From positions 1-64,000 of the IMG/VR virus record IMGVR_UViG_3300032897_000001: a stretch of DNA of 64,000 nt; one strand, 5' to 3'. A model generated the notes under the pieces. It saw nothing but the letters and a program-made list of their open reading frames with translations, was not told the DNA's origin and did not search any database. This DNA comes from a virus. The position numbers and the translations under genes were made by a program. This document shows positions 40,106 to 50,316 of the stretch, one piece after another; within the stretch, counting starts at the first letter, position 1; each line of letters opens with the position of its first letter.

Positions 40106-40313
40106 TGCTGGTTAGCGAAGCTGTGGCGGGTGCTGACAGCTTCGCTAAGTTTTTTGAAAAATATTCAAAAAACTTGTTGACGTTTCCCGAGGGAACCCTT
40201 AGGATAGCTTTATTAGTTGGAACGAAAGGCGGTGACACGGGCAGGCCCAATGGTAATCGGCAGAACTCAGTCCCCTAACGTAGGAACGGGAAAGGACTGG
40301 TGAGAGGCGAAAA

Positions 40314-40368
40314 GGTCGAAACGGCGGGTTCCCGCCGTCGTGTCGTGAGGCGGCACCTGATGATGACC
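40314..40368 (+). ncRNA. Type II hammerhead ribozyme 7
   Basis: Core intact; upstream of the 56-aa ORF at 40386..40556. Confidence 0.9.
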
Positions 40369-40557
40369 AAAGAGGAGCAAACACAATGAATACCAAAATG
40401 AAGAAGTTCAGTGCCGTTGCCTTCAAGGGCGAAGATCGGTTCATGTTTTCGTTCGATTGGCCCAACTGGTATCGTATCGAAGAAGAGGCGCGGCGCGTGC
40501 TGGATGAGAAGGGTTTCCCGGATTGGGAGTTCCGTAGCATCGATATTCGCGCATAAA

Positions 40558-40613
40558 GGCCGAAACGGCGGATATTCCGCCGTCGTGCCGTGAGGCGGCA
40601 CCTGATGATGGCC
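40558..40613 (+). ncRNA. Type II hammerhead ribozyme 8
   Basis: Core intact; lies between the stop at 40556 and the RBS of 40631. Confidence 0.9.
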
Positions 40614-40630
40614 GAAAGGAAAGAAAACAC

Positions 40631-41488
40631 ATGGCGATCCAAGCTTCAACGCTACGTCCGGGACTTTTGGTTTCCCTGCGGACCAGCATCCAGGGCAATG
40701 TCAAATATGACAAAATTGACCTGGAAGAAGACCACGTAACAGAAGACGGACAAAGGAAGGCACGTTGGGAGACGGTGCGAACCATTGAAGATCCGGAAGA
40801 ACATGAACGCGCCCACAAGGCGCGGGACCGGGTAAAGCTGTTGGTCCGCAGTGCGTGCGTGTTCTCGGAATTCGGACTGCTTTGCCCGGATGGAAAGACA
40901 GGCGTCCTTGATGAACAAATCAAGGAAGCCCGGCGCGTGGCAGACGAGTTCAACGCCACATCCACTATAAGCAAGGTGCGGGTCTATGTGCTTGTTGGGC
41001 GTATCGCGCCCGATGATGCTGAGGCAGTGAAGGCGATTTCCAGTGAAATTCGGGAATTGCTCTCCACAATGGAGACTGGGATTTCAAACCTTGATGTGAA
41101 GTCCGTGCGTGCGGCTGCAGATCGTGCCAAAAATCTTGGTACAATGCTTTCCCCGGACGCTCAGGAACGCGTTCTAGAAGCTGTGGAAGCGGCGCGGGCA
41201 GTTGCCCGTAAAATTGTGAAGGCTGGGGAACAGGCCGCACAGGAGATAGACAGGACAACGATTGCGCGGATTGCCGCCGCACGAACGATGTTCCTGGATA
41301 TCGACACTGTGCCGACCGAAATCGGCACAGCAGAATCGGTTGGGCGTGCTGTTGATCTGGCTCCCGAGGTTCCCGAGGAAGTGCCGACACAGGATCAAGT
41401 GAAACACGAATCCTCTGTGCTGGATTTGGAACCCGTTGCGGATATCGGTGCAACGGTTGCGCCGCAAACCCGTAACGTCGAATTTTGA
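40631..41488 (+). CDS. Helical hypothetical protein in the AAA-ATPase neighbourhood
   Basis: 285-aa ORF with an RBS after hammerhead 8. Confidence 0.75.
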   Translation: MAIQASTLRPGLLVSLRTSIQGNVKYDKIDLEEDHVTEDGQRKARWETVRTIEDPEEHERAHKARDRVKLLVRSACVFSEFGLLCPDGKTGVLDEQIKEARRVADEFNATSTISKVRVYVLVGRIAPDDAEAVKAISSEIRELLSTMETGISNLDVKSVRAAADRAKNLGTMLSPDAQERVLEAVEAARAVARKIVKAGEQAAQEIDRTTIARIAAARTMFLDIDTVPTEIGTAESVGRAVDLAPEVPEEVPTQDQVKHESSVLDLEPVADIGATVAPQTRNVEF

Positions 41489-42554
41489 GAGGAGAACAAC
41501 AATGCCTTGTGAAACCAAACTTGCGCCCGGGCAGACGATTTCCGGGAGAATCGCCGAAATCAAGGCGGCAGTTGAAAAGCTTTCGGCACTGTTAGCTGCC
41601 GACAAAGTCAAGGTGATAATTGGTCCGCAAGGATCGATTGCCTTTCAAGGCTGGGTTGAACCAGACCGCAATGGCGTATCGGACCTGTGCGCATATCGGC
41701 GCATTATGGCGAACGGATCTGTTCTGGCTCGACAAAAGATTGCTCGGGCAGAACAGCTTGCAGGGCGAACGGTTAATCGGCAGGCAGTCGCCCAGGGATG
41801 TCACAGTCATGACGGCGGTCACACGTGGCACGATCACAAGGGATAAAACTAGACCCGCAGTTACACGCCATTCTTGATGAATGGCGTGTGGCATTCGAAA
41901 TCGTCAACAAACGGTGTCACGCACAGATAAAAATAGACGGACGAGTCGTCCTTACAATACCTCGCAACGGGAAAATTCATCCCGTTGCGACACCAAACGC
42001 AAAAGCCGCATTGCGGCGGTTTCTCAGAAACAGGGAAGTGAAATGAGCGATACGGGAATTTATCGACTCGGTGCCCGTCCAGCATTGCTTGGAGAGGTGC
42101 GAAATGCGTGGCTTGGCGCCATGTACGTTTGGAATGATGTAGCGATACGCCATCTCGGATTGCACGGATTCGGAATGGACCCTGCACAGCACAAGCGCAT
42201 ATGGAATGCGCACCACCATGTGAAAATGCCCGGGCATGAAATAATTGTGCTTTTAAGCACGATGGATTATGCTATCGCCCGGGCGAAAGATCGCAGGCAG
42301 GTGGTGGCGGCACTTGCCCGTTACGGGCAACAGCACCCGCGATCGAATCTAGGAACCCAGGCAAGGATTATCCGGGAAGCCTCCTTGGAAGATGGAGACT
42401 TCATTGCTTGGCTGGGGACATCTGCGGGTAATTATTGGTTTCTCTCCCGATCCGAAAATGAAGATCCGCCGCGGTTTTACGATCCGCGCCAAGAAACCAA
42501 GCACTTTGACATTGTCGCCGAAGCGCTAGCTTACAGCAAGGAGGAGTCAGCAAC

Positions 42555-42938
42555 ATGACTGTCTATATCTCGAATGCGTTTAGTCTCAACATGCTTGACG
42601 GTGTTAAGCAGACACAGAGCAGCAAGCCTTTTGTTGCTTTTCTCAACCAAATGAGAACGAAAATAACAACGGATGGTTCTGAGATAAGTGTCCCCTGGCT
42701 TCCTGATGCAGAAGGGGAAATCGTGTCCATTGTCGGACATGAACAGAGTGCGGCGATTTTCTCCGCTATCCTTGGTAAAGAAGTGAAATTCAACCGTCAG
42801 ACTATTGTGCTCTCCCCCGGAGATACCCTCATTGTTGGGCAGTACACGGGTCCGCGACTTCCCAAGGGTGCCACAACACTGCCCGAAGGCGCCTCCATTG
42901 TGTGGTGGCGCGTATGTGAATTATCCGTTAACGATTGA
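42555..42938 (+). CDS. DUF1874/STIV B116 family protein, AcrIII-1-like cyclic-oligoadenylate ring nuclease
   Basis: YISNAFSLNML, SIVGH (catalytic His position), FNR and RLPKG match the family pattern. Confidence 0.8.
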   Translation: MTVYISNAFSLNMLDGVKQTQSSKPFVAFLNQMRTKITTDGSEISVPWLPDAEGEIVSIVGHEQSAAIFSAILGKEVKFNRQTIVLSPGDTLIVGQYTGPRLPKGATTLPEGASIVWWRVCELSVND

Positions 42939-43765
42939 CAGCGGTGTTGACAACAGCCCGGATATGGTCCCTGATTAGGGCACGTCTGAAAAGACATGGC
43001 GCGATTCCTGCCGATTTACTGCCTGTGCAGTTGAAAGGTCCGATCGCGCCATGGAGAAGCGGGGCGGCGGGGAAACCAGTGGAGAATGGTTATGCCCAAC
43101 AAATCCCGAGAATGGACCAGCGGCCCGTGCAATGGCGTCGTGTACATCGCCACAAAGCCGCAGAGATTCCGGTTCCGTCTTATTTGGGGTTACCGAATAA
43201 TCGGTAACCCCGACCCCTACACGGTCTATGCTGTTGAATGGCAGCATGTCCCCGACGCTGTGCGCCACGACGCACAGCGGCACTTTAGAATTGAATAGGT
43301 GAACAGTGAGCAAAGAGCGGGAGTTATACCGCAGGGAGGCAGAAATGCTTTCCGCGGCCATCAAAGAAGCGGCGGACGCCCAACAAGCCCGAGAGGAGGC
43401 GCGCCGAGTTGAATTGGAGGCCGCCCGCCGCGCGGGCGCCGAACGGGAGTAAAAGCAATGAGCAAAGACGATGATCTTTGGGAGGATTGGGCACAGATGT
43501 CTGATGCTGCCATTCAACGGGAGATGGACGAACTAGACAGGCAATTGGAGGCAGCACAAGCTGTCATTGACAAACTGCCTATATTAAATCAAGTCGCGCA
43601 CTACCGCACGAACATTCTGCGGGATATTCTCAATAATCGGCGCCGCGCACATAGTAACGAATCTGCACTGAAAATGTTCAACGAACATTGGCGTAAATCT
43701 ATCCGCCGCAACCAGATTCGCCTGCTCAAGTTACGGATTTGGCGGACAACTGGTGTTTATCCCGG

Positions 43766-44182
43766 TCAAGCTTGACGGGGATATTCCCGTGTAAGAATTT
43801 CGCGAACGGCAACCCAGTCCCATTTGGCTTTGCCGCCCTGCCACATCCCCAGCGGTTCCGCGCCCACGAGTCCGTGATCGCGGACCGCGATTACATCAGC
43901 ACCGCGGAACAGATAGAGTTCATCGCGTTTGGTTTGCCGGACAGCGATGAAACAACGCCCGCCAAGGCGCCAATAGCGGGACAACCACGCAATCTGCAGG
44001 GTCCGGAACTTTACGGCGTTTGCCGCGGTCTTTTTACTTTCGATCCAACCTGCAATTCCGCACGGGAACAGGTAGTGTGCATCCGGCACGCCTCCTTCCG
44101 TAAGTCCCGTTTCGACGGATACCCACATGGCAGTGGGAAGTTTCTGCCGAAAAGTAATACGCAAGGCACCGTCACGGGACAT
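43766..44182 (-). CDS. PD-(D/E)xK nuclease, VRR-NUC/Holliday-junction-resolvase-like
   Basis: VETG...GVPD...WIESK...QIAWL...GG motifs. Confidence 0.8.
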   Translation of the reverse strand: MSRDGALRITFRQKLPTAMWVSVETGLTEGGVPDAHYLFPCGIAGWIESKKTAANAVKFRTLQIAWLSRYWRLGGRCFIAVRQTKRDELYLFRGADVIAVRDHGLVGAEPLGMWQGGKAKWDWVAVREILTREYPRQA

Positions 44183-44213
44183 ATGAGAACCTCTACAAAC
44201 ACAAGGAACCTTT

Positions 44214-45881
44214 ATGCCGGACTACGTTTCCCGCCGCAAGCCGCGCGCGCATCAAGTGGATGCACTGAAAGCGATTGACGGACAACGTGCTTTTGCTGTG
44301 CTTATGGGCATGCGTTGCGGAAAGAGCAAGGTGATTACCGATGATTTCGGCAAAATGGTCACAGAGCGTCGCGCGCTTGATCTTCTCATAATCGCTCCGG
44401 CAGGCGCATACTTGCCCTGGCAAGGTGCACTGCAAGATGATCTTCCGGAAAGCATCTTCCGGGCGCTCCGAATGCACGTGTGGGTATCGTCTAAAGCACG
44501 GTCTAAAGGCGCACAGAGTGCCCGAGAGGCGTTCATGCTGTACCGTGGCCCGCGGGCACTTATCATCAACACAGAAGCCTTGTCGAGCGTCCTGACGGCA
44601 CGGCAATTCGTTGATGATTTTGTTTGTCAACGGCGGGAGCAGTGCGTTGCGGTGATTGATGAAAGCGTTACGATAAAAAATCCTGAATCAAATGCCGGAA
44701 AATTCGTTGCCGCACGTCTTGGTACAGTGGCGGGATGGCGTCGCATCATGTCAGGACTCGTCTCTCCACGCTCTCCCACAGATTTGTGGAACCAGTTCAA
44801 ATTTCTTGATCCGAGTATCCTGGGCTTTGAAGACTTCGTGGCGTTTCGGGCGCGTTACGAAAAAGTCAAATACGTGTGTATGGCGCCCAGTAGCCTTCTA
44901 CGGGAAAAATTGCGCGCGTTAGTGGGCGATTTGCAGACGCTGCCGGGCGCCCAAATGGCACTGGTGGCCCGGCGTATCAATCCAGATATCAACCCACAAG
45001 GCATGGGGAGAGCACAGCTTAGGAACTGGATTGACGCTCAAGTTGAAGGCATGCCGCGGGATTCTATGATTGACGCCATTCAACGGTTCGGCGGATATGT
45101 GCAGAGCGTCGCGGTAGTGGAAGGCTTTCAAAATCTCGGGGAACTGCGGGATAAGATCGCACCCTACTCTTTCCGGGTCCGTCTTGAAGATTGCTTCGAT
45201 ATGCCCCCCGTGGATTACTCGTTTCGCGATGTCGAGATGACACAGGAACAGGCGCGGATTTATCGCGAGATGAAACAGAATGCTACAGCGATCCTGGAAA
45301 GTCTTGATCACGTAACGGCGACACACGTCGTAACGCAGATGCTCCGATTACACCAAGTGCTGTGCGGCCATGCTGTGGATGAAGAAGGTACGATCCACGA
45401 CGTACCGGAAAAACGTACTGCGGAACTGTGCAGCATGTTGGAAGATTATGATGCAAAAGCAATCATTTGGGTAAGCTATGATCGCAGCATGCAGAAAGTC
45501 GTAGCAGCACTAGAAAAACGATATGGTGCAGGCAGTGTGGCGAGGTTCTGGGGCGGCAATGTCAAGACTCGCGAGGCAGAGGAAGTACTATTCAAGACTG
45601 ATCCGCAGTGCCGATTCATGGTGGCAACACCAGACGCGGGCGGGATGGGGCGGGATTGGAGCGTTGCCGATTGGGTGATATACTTTTCCACAAAGAACAA
45701 TCTGCACCATCGCTATCAATCCGAGGACCGGGCAAAGGCTGTTGGTAAAATGCGCCCGATCGCATACACGGATATGCGCGTACCCGGAACAGTGGAGGAT
45801 AAGAACCTGCAGTGTCTCCGGAATAAAATAGACATGGCAACAGTGATCGCTGGTGACGATTGGAGAAAGTGGCTGATATGA
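44214..45881 (+). CDS. SNF2-like superfamily 2 helicase
   Basis: PRAHQ, MRCGKS, IDESVTIKN, MSG...DLWNQF and QSEDR motifs. Confidence 0.85.
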   Translation: MPDYVSRRKPRAHQVDALKAIDGQRAFAVLMGMRCGKSKVITDDFGKMVTERRALDLLIIAPAGAYLPWQGALQDDLPESIFRALRMHVWVSSKARSKGAQSAREAFMLYRGPRALIINTEALSSVLTARQFVDDFVCQRREQCVAVIDESVTIKNPESNAGKFVAARLGTVAGWRRIMSGLVSPRSPTDLWNQFKFLDPSILGFEDFVAFRARYEKVKYVCMAPSSLLREKLRALVGDLQTLPGAQMALVARRINPDINPQGMGRAQLRNWIDAQVEGMPRDSMIDAIQRFGGYVQSVAVVEGFQNLGELRDKIAPYSFRVRLEDCFDMPPVDYSFRDVEMTQEQARIYREMKQNATAILESLDHVTATHVVTQMLRLHQVLCGHAVDEEGTIHDVPEKRTAELCSMLEDYDAKAIIWVSYDRSMQKVVAALEKRYGAGSVARFWGGNVKTREAEEVLFKTDPQCRFMVATPDAGGMGRDWSVADWVIYFSTKNNLHHRYQSEDRAKAVGKMRPIAYTDMRVPGTVEDKNLQCLRNKIDMATVIAGDDWRKWLI

Positions 45882-48800
45882 GTGTGGACGATATTTTACC
45901 TATGTCGCTGGAACTCTCCGTGCGACTTCGTGTCATGGAGTACGAAGCCCGCGGCGGGCCGGTTGCCCAAGATTGGGAGCGTACCAAGCCTTTCTCCCAA
46001 GTCTTGGTCGAGAAGGGCGATGTGCTGCAATTCGGCGGCAAACGAAGCAAGTCCGGAGAAATCGCGGCGCTCTTCAATCAATTGGCAGATGCTGTTGCAG
46101 TCATGGCATTTGCACCAGGAGGCGTGTCTTTGTTTGGGGTAAAATATCAGGGAAAAGCAAGCTGATTTTTTGAAAAAATTTCGCTTTACAACGGAAACTG
46201 AGCCGATATGGTGACACCCGCATATGGAGAATGCGAAATGTCTGAAGATACCGAAAAGCGCAACGAAGAAGCCCGCGAACGTATTCGTCTGCTAGCGGAA
46301 CAGGAACGCAAGCGGCAAAAGATCACCAATCCCGAGACCGGCATTGACACGGGACCGGTGGAAGTAAACCGCGGCGGATCGCAACACAGCGCGAGCTAGG
46401 AGAAATAAAATGGCGATTTTTGTTGTGGCGTATGTGGACCCCTACGACAACAAGGTTTTCCTGGAAAAGATAGAAGCATCTGATGAGATGGAAGCACTGC
46501 GCAAACACACCAAGATTCAGGTATGGGATTTTGGTGGTTGCGCCACACCGCAACAGGTGAAGGAACTTCTATCTGGTGGAGACTACATGGTTGAAACAAT
46601 CCAAGTATGACTGGTGCCACATGTTTGCATGGATTGTCTTGATTTTGATTTGTGATGCAGGCGCACCTTGTGACTGGGTGCCTGCGTCGGCGCCAATGGC
46701 ACAGAATGCCTGTGAAAAGGAAGTTAAAGAACTTCTGAAACGGCATATCATTGCCAAATGCGAACCAAACCGGAGCTAAGCAAATGATTGAACTTGCTTT
46801 CGCGTTGTTGTGGTCTGGGTGCGCCTCCGTGTTTATCATGGAGGCGGCACACTTCTATAGGGACTTGATATGAAAAAGGATGTGCTGGACGAACTAATGC
46901 CCAACAATCCCAGGACGTTCCTTCTAGCAGAGGAATTGATGGGAAAAAAGTGGGACCATATTGCGTTGTTGCCTAGCAGCAGTGGTTCAGAGTATTGGTT
47001 TAATAGCCCGCTGTATGCGGGCTGGTTTACGCGCGAGGGTCTATTGTATTTGGTGGACTTCGTTGAAAATTACAGATTCCCTGTTCCCATGTTAGCGGAA
47101 GGTAACTACAACCCAGAACCATCTCCGCCACGGATTGATGACAGGTGCTTTCCGATTATTTTTGAGGGTCTTTTCTATAAGACCGAAAACCAGTATCTAA
47201 CAAGCGTTGGATGGCCTGCAGGAACGCGTTGCTGGTTTACATTTGTGGGGTGTGGCTGGCGGTATAGTGTTTCTGCCGAAAATCCGGAACTCATGGTAGC
47301 ACGAACTATCGTGTTTATGCACGCATCTCTCCGGTGGAGAGATGCGCCGCTACACCACAGGCACAATTTCCGGGATACGCTCACAACTTTTGTGCGGGAA
47401 AGGCAATAAAGAGTGCCTAAAAAGATTTCCTTTTCAGCGGAAGATACCCGTAGAATTCGGGATATCGTGGCGACAAAGTCAATTGCACAGGCTGCGAAGG
47501 AAATGCGCATTTCCGTTCAGGCAATGCGAAGATTCTGCTATAAGCAGGGTTTTTACATATCAAAGGATTCCCCACAGCGGAAATATCAGGTAATCGTCAA
47601 TATACCTACAGCTGCAGCAATATTGGCTGCGGCCAATGTGCGTGATATCGTACCCAACGAATTGGTAACACGCTTATTGGAAACCTTGGCTGAGGATAAG
47701 CTTTTTGATGCTGTCCTAGCTGATAGTGTCTTCGAAAATAAGACAGTGAAAAACACAGTGGCGAGGTAAAACCATGGTAAATCGCATTCGGATTGATCTG
47801 CAAAAGTCCCTGGAGGAAAATGGAATGGTTGACTCATATCCTTACGATACGCCACCCTCTCCGCCATCTGCACCCTATGTTGGCGATATCCATGACTTAA
47901 GCAGTATCCAGGAACGTCGGGACTTCGTACAGCAACGTGTATCCACAAACGCGACGCCGCGTGTTCCTGTTGCTCCTGATCCTTTTGTTGAAGATCTTCG
48001 CCGCACAGCCAAGGAACGTATTCAAACATTGCCGCGGACCATTGTTGCTGCCGACAAAGACGCAATGGATATCGGCGCCGTCGCCGAATGGTTCGCCTCA
48101 ATGAGCGTGCGCGGTTCCCGGGGAGTTTTCCGGGAAGTCGTCGAAATGGAAGGCTGGAACAAGGAAGGTTGGCCAACGCCAATGCAACTCGCTGAGTTCA
48201 TGGCGGACTGGGCACACAAGAGGATGCAGCGATCAGTCGTAGAACCTGATGAATCCAGCGAACCCGTATGAGACGCTTGTGTTGCGCCATCGCGTTTAGC
48301 GCGGCTGTCTATAGTCCCGCTTATGCGGACTGGCTCCAAAACCTCATGACAACCCCGGCGCCTGCGTTGAAGCAGGCGCCACACAATGAGTGCCAGTCAG
48401 AAAGCAGCATCCGTGCCGCGGGATCTTACCCCATGTACACAAGGCGCCTTCCGGGCTATGTGGGGCGGCGTTGTTGGTATGCTGCACACAATGAAAAGCC
48501 AACCGTGCATTCGAAACGAAACACGCGGCAAGTGGTGGATCATCCTCGAATAGAAACCACAGGCACGGCTTCACGTGTTCCGGATTCGAGTCCTCAAGAC
48601 ACCGATCGTGAATTTTTGGCCGGACGCAGACAGCTTATCGCGGACTTCCCCGACATGGCCTTTGACCTCGCGATCGAACCCCCCGCGCGAACAACTCCGG
48701 CACAAGGTAGGGCGCTGGCTGACTTGTTGTTTGACGAAATGCTGCAAGTCAACCGAAGTTGGTTTCTCATAACGGTGGAAACCGTGTTGATGACCACACA

Positions 48801-49050
48801 CAGTCAACACCGACAACCATTCTGGTAAGGAGACGGGGGTATGTCCACAAAAACCGTGGAACTGGAAGAAGATGTGTTGGAATTCGCGAGACAGCGCTGT
48901 GAAGCAGATATCGAATTAGGAATGCGCACAATCGCCCGAATCTCTGAACGCCGTGGACAGGACGTTCGTGCGGTACAAGACGGGAAAAAGGTAATGGATT
49001 ATGTAATAATGGCTCGCAGGCTTAAGGGAGCCTTGGACAAGGCGCGCTAA
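45878..49050 (+). other. Cluster of short hypothetical ORFs, including an HTH-like protein at 47413..47769
   Basis: Consecutive plus-strand ORFs with RBSs. Confidence 0.6.
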
Positions 49051-49071
49051 GCACGGGATGTGTCGAGACAA

Positions 49072-49099
49072 CAAAAAACCCAGCCCTTTCGGGCTGGGT
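49072..49099 (-). terminator. Intrinsic terminator of the minus-strand late operon
   Basis: Hairpin acccagccc-gaaa-gggctgggt followed by a U tract on the minus strand, at the convergence of the two gene blocks. Confidence 0.85.
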
Positions 49100-49136
49100 C
49101 AAGTTCAGGGAGGAAACGTCAACGAATCAAGCTATA

Positions 49137-49865
49137 TCAAAATTTATAGCTTGCGCCAAGCCTAAAAACGTCTGCTTGGAAGGGTGCCGACAACGAAATT
49201 CCGTATGCAGTATTCGCAACCGTCGCGTTGCCGAGATCTACTCGTAGCCATTCTGCACGCACCAACCAATGATCGCTAAGTGCGCCCTCAATACCGCCAC
49301 CGGCAGCCCAACCGATCTTCGTGGAAGATGCTCCGAACACGCCAATGTTACCCTTGCTGTCCACAAGGGTAACGGACGCGGAAGGATCGCCATAAGCAAC
49401 ACCCGCCGTGCCATAAATCAGCCAGTCTCGCACCAAGAACACACCAAACCGTGCGCGCGTAGTGCCAAACCAGTCATCTTTTGAACTTGCAGTGATGAGT
49501 CCCGAGGCTAGTCCACCGCTGCCACTACCTTGCAAATTAGCAAGATCGATGTCGGTCTCAATGCCGGCATAAAACAAGTTATTCCCGAAACGGGTTCCCA
49601 CACCCGTATGGAAACCGCCAACGAACCCCTGCGGAGATGCAGACAGGGTAGCCGCATCATTGGCGGAGAACGCACTGGTGCCCGTTGTATTGAAGCCATA
49701 GCCAATGTGTCCGCCGACATAGAACCCGGTAAACGGATCTGTAACAGGAAGATACGTCGCAGGCGCCTTTACTGCCACAGCCTTCGGCAAGTCTACTGCC
49801 GCGGCGACTCCCGATGTAATAAGCATTGCCGCAAATGTCGTAATTGCTGCGATACGCTTTTTCAT
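49137..49865 (-). CDS. Omp25/Omp31/RopB-family outer-membrane beta-barrel protein
   Basis: Signal peptide, DLPKA..VKAP, FTGFYVGGHIGYG, GWAAGGGIE and a C-terminal YKF. Confidence 0.9.
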   Translation of the reverse strand: MKKRIAAITTFAAMLITSGVAAAVDLPKAVAVKAPATYLPVTDPFTGFYVGGHIGYGFNTTGTSAFSANDAATLSASPQGFVGGFHTGVGTRFGNNLFYAGIETDIDLANLQGSGSGGLASGLITASSKDDWFGTTRARFGVFLVRDWLIYGTAGVAYGDPSASVTLVDSKGNIGVFGASSTKIGWAAGGGIEGALSDHWLVRAEWLRVDLGNATVANTAYGISLSAPFQADVFRLGASYKF

Positions 49866-49967
49866 GACTACATGTCTCCAGACGCAGGTGCGCGCCGACA
49901 TCCGCACACTACTCTAGTTCGTCTCCGGCAGGTGTCATAAATTTACAACACCTGCCGAAGAAAGTAG

Positions 49968-50273
49968 TCACGACGCGGAAGACGTGTTCGCTCCGGAGAG
50001 GACAGGAGAATTTGCCTGTCCCTGCGTTACATGGTTTGCGAGTTCCACGGATGCTGCAACCAAGTTGCCACCATTAGCCTGTGCCAAAACAGCTAGGGCA
50101 TTCAAGAACACCGGCTGCAGGGAATCCAATACCTGCACAACAGACGCTGCTGGTGCGCCGATGGCAGGAACCAACGGGAGCAGCTTTTCAACCCACGGCG
50201 CCGCCGTGTGAAACTCTTGAGCCACTGTTGCTGCATCAGTAACAATGGTGTTGATGGTGCTAGATACGCTCAT
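49968..50273 (-). CDS. Hypothetical lysis-region protein
   Basis: AGGAG RBS; amphipathic 101-aa ORF. Confidence 0.6.
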   Translation of the reverse strand: MSVSSTINTIVTDAATVAQEFHTAAPWVEKLLPLVPAIGAPAASVVQVLDSLQPVFLNALAVLAQANGGNLVAASVELANHVTQGQANSPVLSGANTSSAS

Positions 50274-50316
50274 TTACACGTGCTCCTGTGTATGCCCGTA
50301 ACACGGGCATTTATTA

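Larger units (their letters stand above)
33393..40205 (+). promoter_or_regulatory. Seven copies of a sigma70-type promoter cassette, -35 at 33420, 34152, 34779, 36523, 37162, 37667 and 40177
   Basis: TTTTTGAA-N5/6-TTCAAAA upstream element, TTGACG/C, TTCC-N3/4-GGAA in the spacer, then TATTAT, TAGAGT or TAGGAT at 16-17 bp. Confidence 0.85.

Noticed and set aside
33558-40613. TIGR array or box C/D guide interpretation of the recurring CTGATGA motif
   Set aside because: Each CTGATGA is in a complete hammerhead context with GAAA, GUC and three covarying stems. The copies are dispersed rather than tandem, and no Nop-domain gene was recognised.
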